This document shows, one piece after another, positions 37,201-47,200 of a stretch of 60,448 nucleotides of DNA. The stretch covers positions 1-60,448 of IMG/VR virus record IMGVR_UViG_3300021479_000021. One strand, given 5' to 3'. The notes beneath the pieces were generated by a model. That model was not told where the DNA came from. It worked only from the letters and a program-made list of their open reading frames with translations, and searched no databases. The position numbers and the translations under genes are program-made. Source of the DNA: a virus (Duplodnaviria > Caudoviricetes). Numbering within the stretch: position 1 is the first letter of the stretch; every line of letters begins with the position of its first letter.

Positions 37201-39100
37201 TACCGAAAAAGGTCTTAGTATTAATGTAATAGATCTTGACCCAAACGATTTATCTATTATCAATAATAGAACCGCTTACATATCAAATCCTGCTATATCA
37301 TGGTATAGACCTTTTAATATTACTGAAGCACCAAGTATTACAGATATAGAAGGTAATAATAATTTTCCTAATTATAATTCTCAAACAGGAACAGCCTTTT
37401 ATGAACCTACTTCTGTTGCTCCTACTTTTAGAATACCAGCGAAATATAAAGGTCAAAATTATGAGCATATAGTTCCTGCTATAAACATGGGTAATGACCA
37501 AGGTGAAGGTATTGTATTTCAAGGGTTAGATCCAAGATATGTTAGTAGAACAAAATGGAAAGTTTTCTGGCTTGTTGAAGCAATAAAAAAAGATACAGCA
37601 CCTATCATATTTGGTGAGGCTTCCATTGGTGCACCATCACCTTTACCTACAGATGTACCTACCTGGCAACTTCCGGATCCAGGACCAACACCAGATACTA
37701 GTCCAAGTGGACAAGAGTGGTATAGTTTAATTCATAAATTAACAGCTTTACCTTATCTTATATCAAAATTAGGTGTTCTTTTATTTGGTAAATTAATACC
37801 AGCTATTAAAAAATTAATACAATTAGCTTCAAACCCAACTAAAATTACGGATCTTCTTCTTCAGATAATAAAAACAAAGATTTCTAAAAATATGGAATTC
37901 TTTGACAATTCATTTACTCAAAATGATTTCAATCAATCTGTAAAGAGTTCTCAAGGTAGTTCAAAATATTTTTATACAGGAAAAACAACAAATCCTAGTA
38001 TGCCATCTACAGCTTCCTTTATTTTAGATGGTGCCGGTGTAGCAAAGTTTGGTGCCAGCTTAGGTCTTAATTTTCCATTTGGTGTAAAAGTATCCACTCT
38101 TAATCAGGGTAATAGTAATACAAAACCAACATATAATAGTAATTGGTTTAGTGCTGTTACCACTGACAATAGAACAGCAGCCGAAAAAGATCCAACAAAA
38201 TTTCAAACAAAAAGAGATCAACCAATAATTAAGATGATTCTTAACATCATTAAAATTCCTTTTGAAGTAATATTTTTGATTGCTAAATGGTTAATATGTT
38301 GGGTTAAGAAACTTACAAACCCAGCATTACTTTTATCAGCTGTAGAAGAATTATTATCGTTTAAATGGCTTCTTTGTATTATAAGTCCTATGACACTTTT
38401 AAAGATGGTGGGAGCTTCAACCAAACCAGCCGGTTGTGGATGTACTTCTGATGATAGTAGCTTAGGCCCTGATTTAGTAGCTCTTCTTGCTGCCTTTGAT
38501 ACGGATGCCGATAATATAGGTAAAAATGCTGCTCCTCAAGGTGCTCAAGCACTTATAGATGATTTAATCAAAGATATTGCTGGTATTGGTAATAATGATT
38601 TAGTTGAAGTTCTCGTTTACAATATCTACAAAAATGGTATATACGTATCCAGTGAACAAGATATAATACCATATAACCCCTTGAGTGATAGTGGTACACT
38701 CAATCCTAGTGTTCCTCCTTTAGATGCTAATGGTAATACGAATACACCAGCAGGGAATGCTGCTTCGGCTGCTGCTAATAGTCCTGTTCCACCTTCTGGT
38801 TGTGGACCTAACACATTTGATTTAAGTGGTCTTATCGCTATGCCTTTTGTTTCGAGTATGCCTTTATTAAATAAATGTCAAGTTATACAAGTATTTTTAA
38901 AACCACTTCAGATGATACTTGGTTTATTGACAACAATCCAGGAATTTCTCAATGCTTTTATAGGAATGCCTACAGCAATTTTTGGTTTAGAACCAACTTT
39001 ATCTGTACCAAAAATTGATGTTATAAGTAGTATCCAAGCCAAAATTACTAAATTGACAGCTACCTTAACACAAACCACACCAATGACTCCGGTTAAATAG
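34268..39100 (+). CDS. very large (1610 aa) probable virion structural protein
   Basis: T/N/P-rich core with amphipathic helical termini; no catalytic motif recognised. Confidence 0.6.
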   Translation: MAGKSVMGGVVMPLPIVHLELVNPGPTMKFVFKMFKENGQNTPLLIPYIDNPSSIPVPGIVQLLKGDLGIAEKILSPLLQTTLPFFANPSVPVSGTNKPGSYSFGTNKNLNASQKNYIDSTAGTRVGFKSFEMTAIQGMMESLKPLMEIALILMELLAVIEDVICRNKATSIKIPVVGWIGFPSRKPKYTYGSLNYNLQHFRKALQNGVKAFNAGDTYPAIATSTPGGSAQPPDDQDPTGADPRDSIYLAYFDEDGNVITPPAWVLNSGKWGFSPAQADIVTTTGDNPEKTGFPLLSDTIMTGVNQLYKYHLTVINQTPALIVQSDAYAANLDSNTPPTYVNQSDILQALGTDFDPNKHINEINGQVNELQNNISDTVRQTILGEYINKHLNSQLKNRYIEKVSTGQIFQAKDLNSNTNPEDSNSINIVYPIFSSVVTLTGDTTSSTLSAEVYAVPKGGTAQQLTPYPNDFRIKNDNGSYVELRQKNDSKIYYEKITLVANFQTVDTIDAYFNTNANPASVPADKIIVPENTTKYKNNKIPGIVLSYYLPLVWEEVLVYQIQKNILTTDSAGNASKQTVVIGNETDTIQHIIEPELDYEIRLIQVINLPIISDGSINNLVAAFPKPNYLVVFREEFTQSSVIPIPVTSAGRIDRQPSTTVKPPQTKYLQISELTSDIPTIAYVAITVNADTTTDLKMYDPIDHTMLLRYINDNNLVVGNYYYLRYTNTEFGTESANNNNDNGEFYQIRSLKQNWIKETFTSNFDSRMNNITGVFPSPPVMIETTTNDTETILFDAPTQSIRIHKSKNVIPSYITDSTQPQLQFLSGTINIGIFFVYKIQTSGDYIIYNINSTLSSTLIKSEKIAANYYFTNVNSGVMLNWTPAVVAFQYLDSNQIDLQGNLSAYTGNIELYGVKQLSVIDDIFTKKGNTIFLDGVNTDQDYSNQTNPLQAIQKATSYLANLDKMIDGFYTVNGIKTITTEKGLSINVIDLDPNDLSIINNRTAYISNPAISWYRPFNITEAPSITDIEGNNNFPNYNSQTGTAFYEPTSVAPTFRIPAKYKGQNYEHIVPAINMGNDQGEGIVFQGLDPRYVSRTKWKVFWLVEAIKKDTAPIIFGEASIGAPSPLPTDVPTWQLPDPGPTPDTSPSGQEWYSLIHKLTALPYLISKLGVLLFGKLIPAIKKLIQLASNPTKITDLLLQIIKTKISKNMEFFDNSFTQNDFNQSVKSSQGSSKYFYTGKTTNPSMPSTASFILDGAGVAKFGASLGLNFPFGVKVSTLNQGNSNTKPTYNSNWFSAVTTDNRTAAEKDPTKFQTKRDQPIIKMILNIIKIPFEVIFLIAKWLICWVKKLTNPALLLSAVEELLSFKWLLCIISPMTLLKMVGASTKPAGCGCTSDDSSLGPDLVALLAAFDTDADNIGKNAAPQGAQALIDDLIKDIAGIGNNDLVEVLVYNIYKNGIYVSSEQDIIPYNPLSDSGTLNPSVPPLDANGNTNTPAGNAASAAANSPVPPSGCGPNTFDLSGLIAMPFVSSMPLLNKCQVIQVFLKPLQMILGLLTTIQEFLNAFIGMPTAIFGLEPTLSVPKIDVISSIQAKITKLTATLTQTTPMTPVK

Positions 39101-39437
39101 AAACTTTCCTTTTTTCAATCATATTAAGAATTACTTGGTCAGGTGTTAGAATTTCTGTTTCACCTGAAGCTTTCTTTCCCCAGAACCAATTAGGTGTGCG
39201 ATTCCTCGGCCAATCTCTATCACCACTATTTTGTAAATTTTCTATAAAAAGAACCCAGGTATCTAAGGCCAATGATTTATTAGTATTTCTATGATTAAAA
39301 GATTCCGCATGTTCGGGTAGTTTTCTTCCGAGTTGTTTATTAACAAAAAAGAAGAAAGACTCTTTTTCTTTAACCGTTACGTTTTCGTAGGCCTTTCTAT
39401 TAGAAAAAATTACATTTACAAATTCTGTTAAATTCAT
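39093..39437 (-). CDS. hypothetical protein (weakly like clamp-loader small subunit)
   Basis: FFFVNKQLG...AESFN pattern; weak. Confidence 0.45.
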   Translation of the reverse strand: MNLTEFVNVIFSNRKAYENVTVKEKESFFFFVNKQLGRKLPEHAESFNHRNTNKSLALDTWVLFIENLQNSGDRDWPRNRTPNWFWGKKASGETEILTPDQVILNMIEKRKVSI

Positions 39438-39763
39438 ATTTTAACTTCAGTAATATTAGTAATTGAAAAATCAGAATCATATTCACAGGATTCACCATCA
39501 AAACTGGATGTGTATAAAAAACTTATATCACATAGGTAGATACCACAAGCTAAATTTAAACTCTGGCTTTTCTGATATCCAAAATTATAATCAAAATCCA
39601 GAGCCTCTTCGATAGGTTGTTTATCTGGTTCGGATTCATTAGCATCTATCTGTTTTATAAAAATTATATCACGATCATAAAGAACAGCTATTATACATTT
39701 ATTGTATACAACATTATTTATTTTTTCTTTAAATTTATTTAATGAGTTATCCATATTAATCAT
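39434..39763 (-). CDS. hypothetical protein
   Basis: ORF track. Confidence 0.55.
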   Translation of the reverse strand: MINMDNSLNKFKEKINNVVYNKCIIAVLYDRDIIFIKQIDANESEPDKQPIEEALDFDYNFGYQKSQSLNLACGIYLCDISFLYTSSFDGESCEYDSDFSITNITEVKI

Positions 39764-40010
39764 TATCTAATTTGAGTCTTAGAATATTAAATTTTGAATT
39801 TTCAATAATTTCTACATCTAAATTAAGAAATTTATTCTCTCTATATTCTTCTGGTATATCTTCTTGATAAATATCCCAAAGATTCCTACTTATTAAAATT
39901 CGTCTTAGCCGGCCACCGTTCCTGCATTGGCACATTATGGATTCCGTTGACAATTCCTTTAATCGTTCGGTAATATCTCTGAGTGTAATTTTTGTTTCAT
40001 CATTAACCAT
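39756..40010 (-). CDS. hypothetical protein
   Basis: ORF track. Confidence 0.55.
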   Translation of the reverse strand: MVNDETKITLRDITERLKELSTESIMCQCRNGGRLRRILISRNLWDIYQEDIPEEYRENKFLNLDVEIIENSKFNILRLKLDND

Positions 40011-40211
40011 CTACATATCATTTATAGTAAGACCATTTGTTTTCATTAAATCATTAATAGTCTCTGTGAAAATAGGATTATTATGTAATTCAAGAATAAT
40101 TGAGGTAAGTTTAGAATTAACATCTTTTAATAATTTAGCCTTCTCCAAAGCTTTATTAGCATTATTTAATGCTGTTACTAAATCATTTGTTATTTTTTCT
40201 TCTTCTGACAT
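40011..40211 (-). CDS. hypothetical protein
   Basis: ORF track. Confidence 0.55.
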   Translation of the reverse strand: MSEEEKITNDLVTALNNANKALEKAKLLKDVNSKLTSIILELHNNPIFTETINDLMKTNGLTINDM

Positions 40212-40213
40212 AT

Positions 40214-40597
40214 TTATTTCCAGTCCCTTTTAAATTTCCATATCATTGCTGCCCAATCCAAAAATGTTTTATCATCAATACAGTAAACATAATTCTTTTC
40301 ATTTACAGCTTTCTTTTTTATTAAACCTTTTACAAAAAGTTGGTTTAAGGTAACCGAAATATTTTTACTTTCTACTTTAACCTTCCTTGCTAAATCACCA
40401 GATGACATTTCAGTAGCTCTTTCAGCCAGGATATAAATTATTTTTTGACTTCTTGTTGATAAGTTATCCAAGACACCTTTATAGAAAGGTGTTATTCTAT
40501 CCAACATATGTTGTTTATCTATTATTTCAGAATAATATTTTTTATAATGTTCTAAAGCTTCTTCTGTTATATGAATCATTGTATTCGTATTATTCAA
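40214..40597 (-). CDS. winged-helix (MarR-like) DNA-binding protein
   Basis: LSTRSQKIIYIL...SSGDLARKV...ISVTLNQL..KGLI. Confidence 0.75.
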   Translation of the reverse strand: MNNTNTMIHITEEALEHYKKYYSEIIDKQHMLDRITPFYKGVLDNLSTRSQKIIYILAERATEMSSGDLARKVKVESKNISVTLNQLFVKGLIKKKAVNEKNYVYCIDDKTFLDWAAMIWKFKRDWK

Positions 40598-40891
40598 ATC
40601 TCGTTGCTAAATCTTCTTCTTTCCAAGAAACCCAGGGAGCATTTACCGTAGGTTCTACAATTCTTTTACCTGAACTCATATCTAAACCTAATTGTCTTTC
40701 TATATTTGTATCAATTAATCCTTGACATACTCTTTTATTATTGGAATGACAGGCCCAATTATTACCAGTTTCTCTTTTCATTTTTATAATATCAAACTGA
40801 CTTGGTAGACAACCATAGTATTGAGCATCATGAGATTCTTTTGTTACATTTTCATTAAAGGGGCAAGTTATACAAGCTTTTTTACTCATTG
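40590..40891 (-). CDS. Cys-rich protein (CxxCPF / WACH / CxG)
   Basis: similar motif set to 4523..4891; start uncertain. Confidence 0.55.
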
Positions 40892-41763
40892 GAAAGTTCT
40901 TGTTTAAAACTTTGATACAACTCTTCACTCACACCAAGTCTTGAGAACCAATTCTTAAAATACTTCTGAAGTTCATTGGTTCTTGGATTTGTGTCAATAT
41001 GATACATTTCGAAGTCTTTTCTATTTTGTATTTTATCAGATATAAGCATTTGATTAACTTCCGGAAGTATACTTAATTCAATATCATTGATATTAGATAT
41101 ATTTCTCTGAGAAAGATAGTTATTAGCTACTCTTCTATATTCCATAGCAAGTATAAATGCGGAGGGATGGATTTCAAAATCATTGAAAGGATTAACTAAT
41201 AATTTGTCTGACAAATAATTCTCAGATAAACTTTCATCACTTTGTAATATAGGATGAAGACAATAAGCATCTTTGGTAATAACACTCACACCGATTTTAT
41301 TAAGAATGTAAAGACCTTCATCGATATGGTTCATAAGATAAATACCAGATCTTTTGGTTCTTATATCTTTATAGATGTTACTTATTAATCTATAAGCGTA
41401 TCTTTCAGAAGGACTTTCAATTTCCTCATAAACTATTTTATTTTTATTTAAATACCCGCTAATTCCACAATCTTCGATTACTAGTACAGTTTTACCTGAG
41501 GCTATAATATAAGGTTTATATAGACCTTTGTTACGATAGCTTTTATACACATAAACTGAAATAAAAGGTTTTACATAATCAATATATTCAATATCAACTT
41601 TCAAACCAAAGCCTATATCTTCATAATTTTTAAATGTAATACCGAATCTTTTGAGTTGTATCGCTCTATTTTTGAAATAATGTAAGGCTTGCTCATAAGT
41701 ATCAGCATCCATTTGAAATCTTTCTTGTAGTACCATATCACTACAAATATAAAAACTTTCCAT
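40882..41763 (-). CDS. hypothetical protein with divergent HD-hydrolase-like C-terminal half
   Basis: KRSGIYLMNHIDEG, AYCLHP, DKIQN echo RelA/SpoT HD motifs; start uncertain. Confidence 0.5.
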   Translation of the reverse strand: MESFYICSDMVLQERFQMDADTYEQALHYFKNRAIQLKRFGITFKNYEDIGFGLKVDIEYIDYVKPFISVYVYKSYRNKGLYKPYIIASGKTVLVIEDCGISGYLNKNKIVYEEIESPSERYAYRLISNIYKDIRTKRSGIYLMNHIDEGLYILNKIGVSVITKDAYCLHPILQSDESLSENYLSDKLLVNPFNDFEIHPSAFILAMEYRRVANNYLSQRNISNINDIELSILPEVNQMLISDKIQNRKDFEMYHIDTNPRTNELQKYFKNWFSRLGVSEELYQSFKQELSNE

Positions 41764-41830
41764 GAATAAACCATATAATTGATAGAAAACATTACAAAAT
41801 ATATACTGTATGAAAAACGATAAATAGAAC

Positions 41831-42421
41831 ATGAACGAACTTAAAGCTTACTCCAGTCAAAATTTTAAAAACAAAATAAGTTATTTACTTTCAAAACTAG
41901 ATTCATGTAGTCTATTAGATTTGAATTATTGCTTATATTTCTTAGACGAAGAGTCTATAAAAACTTCTGGAGTACCTTTCACCTGGCAAAGTTATAGAGT
42001 GTGTGAAATTGGTCCTATATGCAATAATTTACATATGGAGTTTATAGAAGGTATTCGATTTAAAAATAGAGGAGAAGCTCTTGGTCTCTCAGGATTTATA
42101 ACTTGTTCCGGATCTCGTTGGAAAAGTAAGGTATCCTTATCTGAAATGTATGAAGAAGATCCGTCAGAAATAGAAATATCATATTCAGACATGGAATTAA
42201 TTGATATTCTTTCAATTACTTTTAATGATAATATCAGAGATAATAGTTGGTTGTTTTCTCTTGTTGGAACTTTGTACCACAAATATTCCCAGGAACAACA
42301 TATATTAAATCAATGGGAAGCTATGATAGGTAGATCATATTCTATGATAAATTGGATTGAATATATTGATACACCAGCTAAAAAAATAGCTTATAAAGAT
42401 TCATTCATGGATATGTTATAG
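41831..42421 (+). CDS. Panacea/SocA (DUF4065)-like antitoxin-domain protein
   Basis: LNYCLYFLDEESIKTSGVPFTWQSY....GPI. Confidence 0.6.
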   Translation: MNELKAYSSQNFKNKISYLLSKLDSCSLLDLNYCLYFLDEESIKTSGVPFTWQSYRVCEIGPICNNLHMEFIEGIRFKNRGEALGLSGFITCSGSRWKSKVSLSEMYEEDPSEIEISYSDMELIDILSITFNDNIRDNSWLFSLVGTLYHKYSQEQHILNQWEAMIGRSYSMINWIEYIDTPAKKIAYKDSFMDML

Positions 42422-42538
42422 TTCTGGATTCAAAATTTTATTAACAACTGATTTTCCATGAACATATTTTATTCTTCTGAGATACTTTAATTGTTCTTCT
42501 AATTTCTGTAGTTGTGTTTTCGGTTTTAATTTCATCAT

Positions 42539-42988
42539 TTAATCTTCTATAAATTGTTCGTTTCCGCTATTGATGTTATTATAATATTGTTCCCAAATAT
42601 ACAAATCTTCATCTGAAATATTATTTAAAATATTTGAAGATATTATTTGATTGAAAACACTAACTAAGACAAAACTACCAAACATTTTAGTTTCAAACAT
42701 AGTAACTCTTAGATAATCTAAAAAACTTACACAGAACTGATCATAAGTGACTTTTTTAAATAAAACATCTTCAAGGTCAAGTCTGTTTACAATAGTCAAC
42801 ATTTTATTAACAATTGATGCATAAGGTGTATTAATATGTTTATCAACTAAATCTCTCCAGAATTCATAATTCTCAATAAATGTCTTTTCATAATTATCCA
42901 ATATTTTATCTATTTGATCATCACTGGTAATAGGGGTGAATTCGTCATCATAGTATATGTTGAAAAAAGGAACCATATCTGTGTCCAT
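42539..42988 (-). CDS. hypothetical protein
   Basis: ORF track. Confidence 0.6.
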   Translation of the reverse strand: MDTDMVPFFNIYYDDEFTPITSDDQIDKILDNYEKTFIENYEFWRDLVDKHINTPYASIVNKMLTIVNRLDLEDVLFKKVTYDQFCVSFLDYLRVTMFETKMFGSFVLVSVFNQIISSNILNNISDEDLYIWEQYYNNINSGNEQFIED

Positions 42989-43114
42989 AGTTTTAAATTA
43001 TATATGTATTATATATTTTTTTACTAAAGTTTTAAATATTCAAATATTTTAAAATATTATTCAACTTTTATTAGGTATTAATCTATAACTATTACAAACC
43101 AAAGTTTTTGTATA

Positions 43115-44215
43115 ATGGGAAAAAAAGAAGCAAGTGAAATTAAATACAACCAATATGTTGTAGAAAAGGATAAATACTTTTACCCATCGGGTGAAATTGA
43201 AACAACAAGAATTTTACCACCTGGTTATTATGAGTTAAAATATGCTCAAAATACTGGTATCTATGCTATGCGTAGAGATGTTGTAACAGACGAATTAATA
43301 AAATTACCTTTAAAAGTATTTAACCAGGTTCTTACTGATATAGAAACTTTTTGGACCAAGCAAGAAAATTTTGATCGTTACGGGTTTGTCTTCAAAAGAG
43401 GTATTCTTTTACATGGCCCTCCAGGTGCCGGTAAAACTTGTTTAATTAAATTACTCGCTGATGATTTGATAAACAATCAAAAAGGTGTAGTTATAAGACT
43501 TTTTGATGGTCGTGACTTAAATCTATATGGTGATTTCATGGAAGAAATTTTCAGATCAATTGAGCCTGACAGACCAGTAATGACTATAATCGAAGATATC
43601 GATGGTTTATGTGATAGAGACGATCAAGAGACAGCCTTAATTAATATTTTAGATGGTATTACACAATCTAGGAAAGTTGTTTATGTTGCTACAACCAATT
43701 ACGTTGAAAAACTAAAAGCACGTATCACAAACAGACCAAGCCGTTTTGATAGAATTTATTCTGTAGATCTTCCAGATGATAAAATAAGAAGATATTATCT
43801 TGAGAACAGAATAAAACCTGAAGATATGCATAAAGTTGATATGGATCTTTGGGTAAAAGAAACAGATACTTTTACATATGCTCACTTAAGAGATTTAATT
43901 GTTTCTGTTCTTATGCTTGAAAACACATTCGAAGAAGCCATTACACATCTTAAAGCAATGAATAGTAGTAAACCTAAAACATCAGGTAAAAGAAAGGTTG
44001 GTATTGATGGTGATGAAACAAATTCTAAATATGCCGAATACGATAATAGCTTTGATGAAGACCATGATGATACAGAAGATGAATGTTTAGACTGTGAAGA
44101 TGAATCAGTAGACTATGAAGAAGAGTCTGATTATAGAGATACACCTGATGATGAACGATTCGATGAAAGATATGATGATGAACTTCCAGGTGGATGGAAG
44201 CCTCCACAAAACTAA
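43115..44215 (+). CDS. AAA+ ATPase with acidic tail
   Basis: GILLHGPPGAGKT, IIEDID, ATTN, RPSRFD. Confidence 0.9.
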   Translation: MGKKEASEIKYNQYVVEKDKYFYPSGEIETTRILPPGYYELKYAQNTGIYAMRRDVVTDELIKLPLKVFNQVLTDIETFWTKQENFDRYGFVFKRGILLHGPPGAGKTCLIKLLADDLINNQKGVVIRLFDGRDLNLYGDFMEEIFRSIEPDRPVMTIIEDIDGLCDRDDQETALINILDGITQSRKVVYVATTNYVEKLKARITNRPSRFDRIYSVDLPDDKIRRYYLENRIKPEDMHKVDMDLWVKETDTFTYAHLRDLIVSVLMLENTFEEAITHLKAMNSSKPKTSGKRKVGIDGDETNSKYAEYDNSFDEDHDDTEDECLDCEDESVDYEEESDYRDTPDDERFDERYDDELPGGWKPPQN

Positions 44216-44217
44216 AT

Positions 44218-44247
44218 AAAAAAGGAGCTCTATTGGGCTCCTTTTTT
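44218..44247. terminator. bidirectional terminator
   Basis: AAAAAAGGAGCTC-tatt-GGGCTCCTTTTTT. Confidence 0.75.
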
Positions 44248-47200
44248 ATTTAGTCGTTCTTTCTGTTTAAGATCAACTTTAGCTTTTTTAATAGCTTCCT
44301 TCAAATATTCTCTTACATCATCTTCAAGATTTTTACCAGTCTTTAACTCATTGTAAATATATTGTGGATCAGCACCTTGTTGTTCAATTAAATATTTTGT
44401 TTTTTCTAGTGATGCAACCTGGTCACCACTCCAAGATTTTCTAGCTGCGTTAATACCAAGATCATTAATATTGATTATCTTACCTTTGTATTTATTAAAC
44501 AAAAATTCTAATCCTTCATCAGATTCACCATTATAAGCATATGATTCAACCAACTTATTTATTTCTTCATCTGTTAATTGTGGACCATTTTCTATCAGGT
44601 ATTTCATTATTTCATATGAGTATGTTGAGTATAACATTTGTTTAAATGTGTATTTAAACTTAAGATCCTCTACAAAATATTTAATGATTCCCATCATGTC
44701 ATTAATATTTTCATTGGATTGTTTTTTGACAGCCTCAGCAAAAGATGATATAATTATTTCAGATTTTTCTGATTTATTAAAATGATAACTTTTTGTTTCA
44801 ATGACTTTTCGATCCTTATAGTAGGCACCTTTACTTATAAGATATTTGACAAGTTCCAAATTACCACCTTTAATAGCACTTATTAAAGCAGTTCCGTTAT
44901 TAGATTCAAAACTTCTTGAACCAGAATTATATTTATTTAAGTCAACACCTAAACTTTCTAAAAATTTAACTATATCTGTATGACCATTGACTGAGGCCTT
45001 CAATAAATATAAGTTCAGATCTTTTTTATCTAATATATTATATTTCTGTCCTAACTTAAGAATATCTAAATGACCATTTGATGCAGCATATTCAAATATA
45101 GAATTACTTAAAATATTATCCTTAAATTTTTTGTACCCATTCTCAAGTGCAAAATTTAATATGTCAGTATAACCATTGTAACCAATCGTAAAATAATCTA
45201 AATCTTTTAAGGATGCACCATTATTAAATAATAATTTAACCATTTCTAAATCATCATTTTTACAAGCCTCATATATAGGAGCATGAGAATGTTTATCAGG
45301 TTCATTTACAGGACAACCATTTTTAATTAAATAAGCAACAAGTTTTGTATTATCAACAATTTTCTCTTCGTTTTCTTTACTATATTGGTCCTTTATTGCT
45401 TGAGTTATAGGAGCACTTCCAAGTTTCTTCAAATCAAGATTTTCTTTATCAATAAGTTTCTTTAATTGATCATATTTTTTATTTCTAATTGTATAACTTA
45501 CCCATTTATTTAAGGTATCCTTACATATTTCAGATAAATCATTATTTCTTTCATAAAAGAAATCCATGATCTCATGAACATCCTTATCACTTGCGTATTG
45601 TATTATTGAATAATTATTATCAGGAGAAACCTTTTCACCGTAGTTAGTTTTTTTTAAACCTGATGGTTCAGCACCAGCTTCAAGAAACATTAAAAGTATT
45701 TTATTATTTAGATCTGTTTCTTCATCATAACGACCTGGGATAGTTGATAGAAATATTGAATTAGAAGAATTTGGTAAATTTGGATTTGCACCTTTATCAA
45801 GTAAAAACTTAATTTTATCTATATCTTTTTCATGTACAGACATACCCAATAATTCACCACCATCAACATTTATATCACCACCTCTTTTTAAGTATTCATA
45901 AAATCTTTTTTCATCATTTAAATGGTAGAAGAATTTTAATTCGTCTATTTCCTTCTTGTCAGAATTTTCTTCATCAAAGCAAGGCTCCGCACCTAAATCA
46001 AACAATTTTTTAGCTAATTCTACATTGAAAGAAAAATCTGGATTATTGATTAATTTTACCGGAATAGCTTGTATAGTAATAAACATTGGTGTTTCTCTAA
46101 AACGATTATAACTTATATTCATATTCAAGACACTTTTATCAAAAGCTAAAAATTTATCAATAAGTTCTTCATTTTTAAGATTAATAACATCAGGAAAAAA
46201 GGCCTTTATAGTTTCTTTATCGAATTTATAATTTTCAATATAAAAATTAATAAGTGGTATTTGAATATCTTGGGTTATATTTTTATTTCTATTTTCAATA
46301 GATAATTGTGAAGCTATATTATTCTTATCTTCATCAGAGAGCTCTTTAATTAGATTAGGAAACTGTTTGGATAAAAACATGAACAGTTTTATAGCTTGTA
46401 CCTTAGAAGCATAAACAATTTGATTTTGTGTGCTTATGGCTTTATTTGGTCTGATATTTTTAATATCTGTTAATGCGTATACCTCATCACTTGATCTGTA
46501 ACCTTTAGTGAGCAAATATTTATAAAAATCAACATCATCCATAGCTATAGATAAAGTTAAAGGAAATTTATAGTTTGTATGAATATGACAACCTTTATCA
46601 TACAAAAAAATAATAAAATCTTTGTTTTTCTGTGTCTGCATGGCTACATAATCAATATATTCATAATTAACAGAATTAACTTCAATAAATCCGTCTATTT
46701 TATAACCATAATCATTTATTAATTTGTTAAATAGTTCTTCATCACAATTAACGAGGGCTAAATTCATTACAGCATTATCATCAGTAAATGGATTCAAACC
46801 GTTATCGAATAAATAAAATATTTTTTCATTATCACTTGTTCTTATAGCTGCCTTAAACTCATATAATAATTCAATCTCTTTTTGTTTATCTTCTTTCTCT
46901 GAGATACTCATTGGTTTTAAAACATTCAGTGGAATATTATACTGTTTAGCATATTGATCAAAATCTCTGATTTGAGTATCATCTTTAAAATGTGCAGCAT
47001 TATTATTGTTACTTGGTTTGTATACATTACCATCTTGATCAATTGTAACACCAACTCTTGTGTGAATGTCAGAGAAAGGTACAGCAAAATCCCATATAGA
47101 ATATTGGGCATTAAATTTATATTCAGCTCCTACATAAGTATCCCAGTGTGTTTTAGAATCTTTTATACACCAGGATGTATCACTTAGTAAAGCTTTAGAA

